From assembly GCF_902713615.1 (NCBI RefSeq), contig NC_052175.1:9837271-9901270 (forward strand): 64,000 nt of DNA, written 5' to 3'. Positions within the stretch are counted from its first letter, which is position 1; each line of letters starts with the position of its first letter. The position numbers and the translations under genes were made by a program. The stretch comes from Scyliorhinus canicula. Lineage: Eukaryota. Below are positions 62,701-64,000 of this stretch, piece after piece. The notes beneath the pieces are model-generated. The model ran no database searches, was not told where the DNA came from, and was given only the letters and a program-made list of their open reading frames with translations.

Positions 62701-63610
62701 AGGGTAGGTTATCGAGTTCTTTGAGAAGGTGACTGAACAGGTAGACGAGGGTAGAGCAGTTGATGTGGTGTATATGGATTTCAGTAAATCGTATGATAAG
62801 GTTCCCCACGGTCGTCTATTGCGGAAAATACGGAGGCTGGGGATTGAGGGTGATTTAGAGATGTGGATCAGAAATTGGCGAGTTGAAAGAAGACAGAGGG
62901 TGGTGGTTGATGGCAAATGTTCAGAATGGAGTTCAGTGGCAAATGGAGTTTAATGTAGAGAAGGTTCGATTCCCGGCTGGGTCACTGTCTGTGTGGAGTC
63001 TGCACGTCCTCCCCGTGCGTGCGTGGGTTTCCTCCGGGTGCTCCGGTTTCCTCCCACAGTCCAAAGATGTGTGGGTTAGGTGGATTGGCCATGCTAAATT
63101 GCCCGTAGTGTCCTAAAAAGTAAGGTTAAGGGGGGGGGGGGTTGTTGGGTATAGGGTGGATACGTGGGTTTGAGTAGGGTGATCATTGCTCGGCACAACA
63201 TCGAGGGCCGAAGGGCCTGTTCTGTGCTGTAGTGTTCTATGTTCTATGTAAGTGTGAGGTGATTCACTTTGGAAAGAATAATAGGAATGCGGAATATTTG
63301 GCTAATGGTAAAATTCTTAGCAGTGTGTATGAGCAGAGGGATCTCGGTGTCCATGTACATAGATCCCTGAAATTTGCCACCCAGGTTGATAGGGTTGTGA
63401 AGAAGGCCTATGGTTTGCTGGCCTTTATTGGTAGAGAGATTGAGTTCCGGATCCATGAGGTCATGTTGCAGCTGTACAAAACTCTGGTACGGCCGCATTT
63501 GGAGTATAATGGATGATTATGGCATAGTGTAGGTGAGATGGCCTTTAGTTTTTGACTTCCCGTGTCGGTGCAACATCGTGGGCCAAAGGTCCTGTACTGC
63601 GCTGTAAAAA
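59712..63610 (+). mobile_element. Near full-length CR1 LINE with internal deletions and a SINE insertion
   Basis: 5' UTR; ORF1 from ATG 60051 (zinc finger with a stop) through the esterase GDSIVRG/HIGTND/GLHL; ORF2 KCVYFNARS to the RT; 3' UTR at 63450-63610. Confidence 0.94.
62962..63247 (+). mobile_element. 5'-truncated HE1-like SINE inserted in CR1
   Basis: Starts at the B box ggttcgattcc and ends (ttctatg)n; CR1 resumes at aagtgtgaggtg. Confidence 0.88.
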
Positions 63611-64000
63611 AAAATAATAGCGGCAAATGCTCGAAACACACAGCGGATCAGAAATACGCTACTTAGAGAAGAGGTTGACATTTAGATTTCTGACCATTCG
63701 TGCGAATGTGACAACGCCTCTGATCTGGTTGCAGTGCAACATAAAGTTGCCGGAGATATGTATGGCGGATAGACCTGTCTTTGTGACTCAACTTATATGT
63801 AAAATACAGAGGCGGGGACTTTAACAGTGGAACAGTGTAGAGGGATCAATGCTTTTCTATTATTTTGTTTTCAACAGGGATCACGGCCTTTAAAAAGGTT
63901 TCAGAAACGTCCGCAAATTCAGAACCTGGTTTGAAACCTCGCTGGATTGACTCCATATTACAATAATCGTTTTAAGTCTTTATTGGAATTTGATAAGGTT

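Overview
Vertebrate genomic DNA, very probably a shark or other cartilaginous fish (inferred from HE1-like SINEs with CR1/HER1-like LINE partners and the receptor family). The window holds three two-exon class A GPCR genes of the GPR139/GPR142-related family. Genes A (minus; exons 14445-14511 and 6302-7203) and B (plus; 18792-18858 and 20122-21023) are a head-to-head inverted duplicate pair. Gene C (plus; 39199-39268 and 41054-41994) is more divergent. The short first exons are absent from the ORF track and were found by reading splice sites. The rest is mostly retroelements: CR1 copies (two with 5' UTR and zinc-finger/esterase ORF1), L1/Tx1-type LINEs (one near full length inside gene A's intron), Rex1/Babar-like LINEs, a Penelope fragment and about 20 tRNA-derived SINEs. 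There is also a 3.5-kb G-rich minisatellite and a 100-N gap. The least expected element is a decayed endogenous retrovirus remnant (integrase C-terminus plus env) on the minus strand at about 35165-37401, which the ORF track does not show. All alignments were done by eye and no database searches were run; repeat boundaries are approximate.
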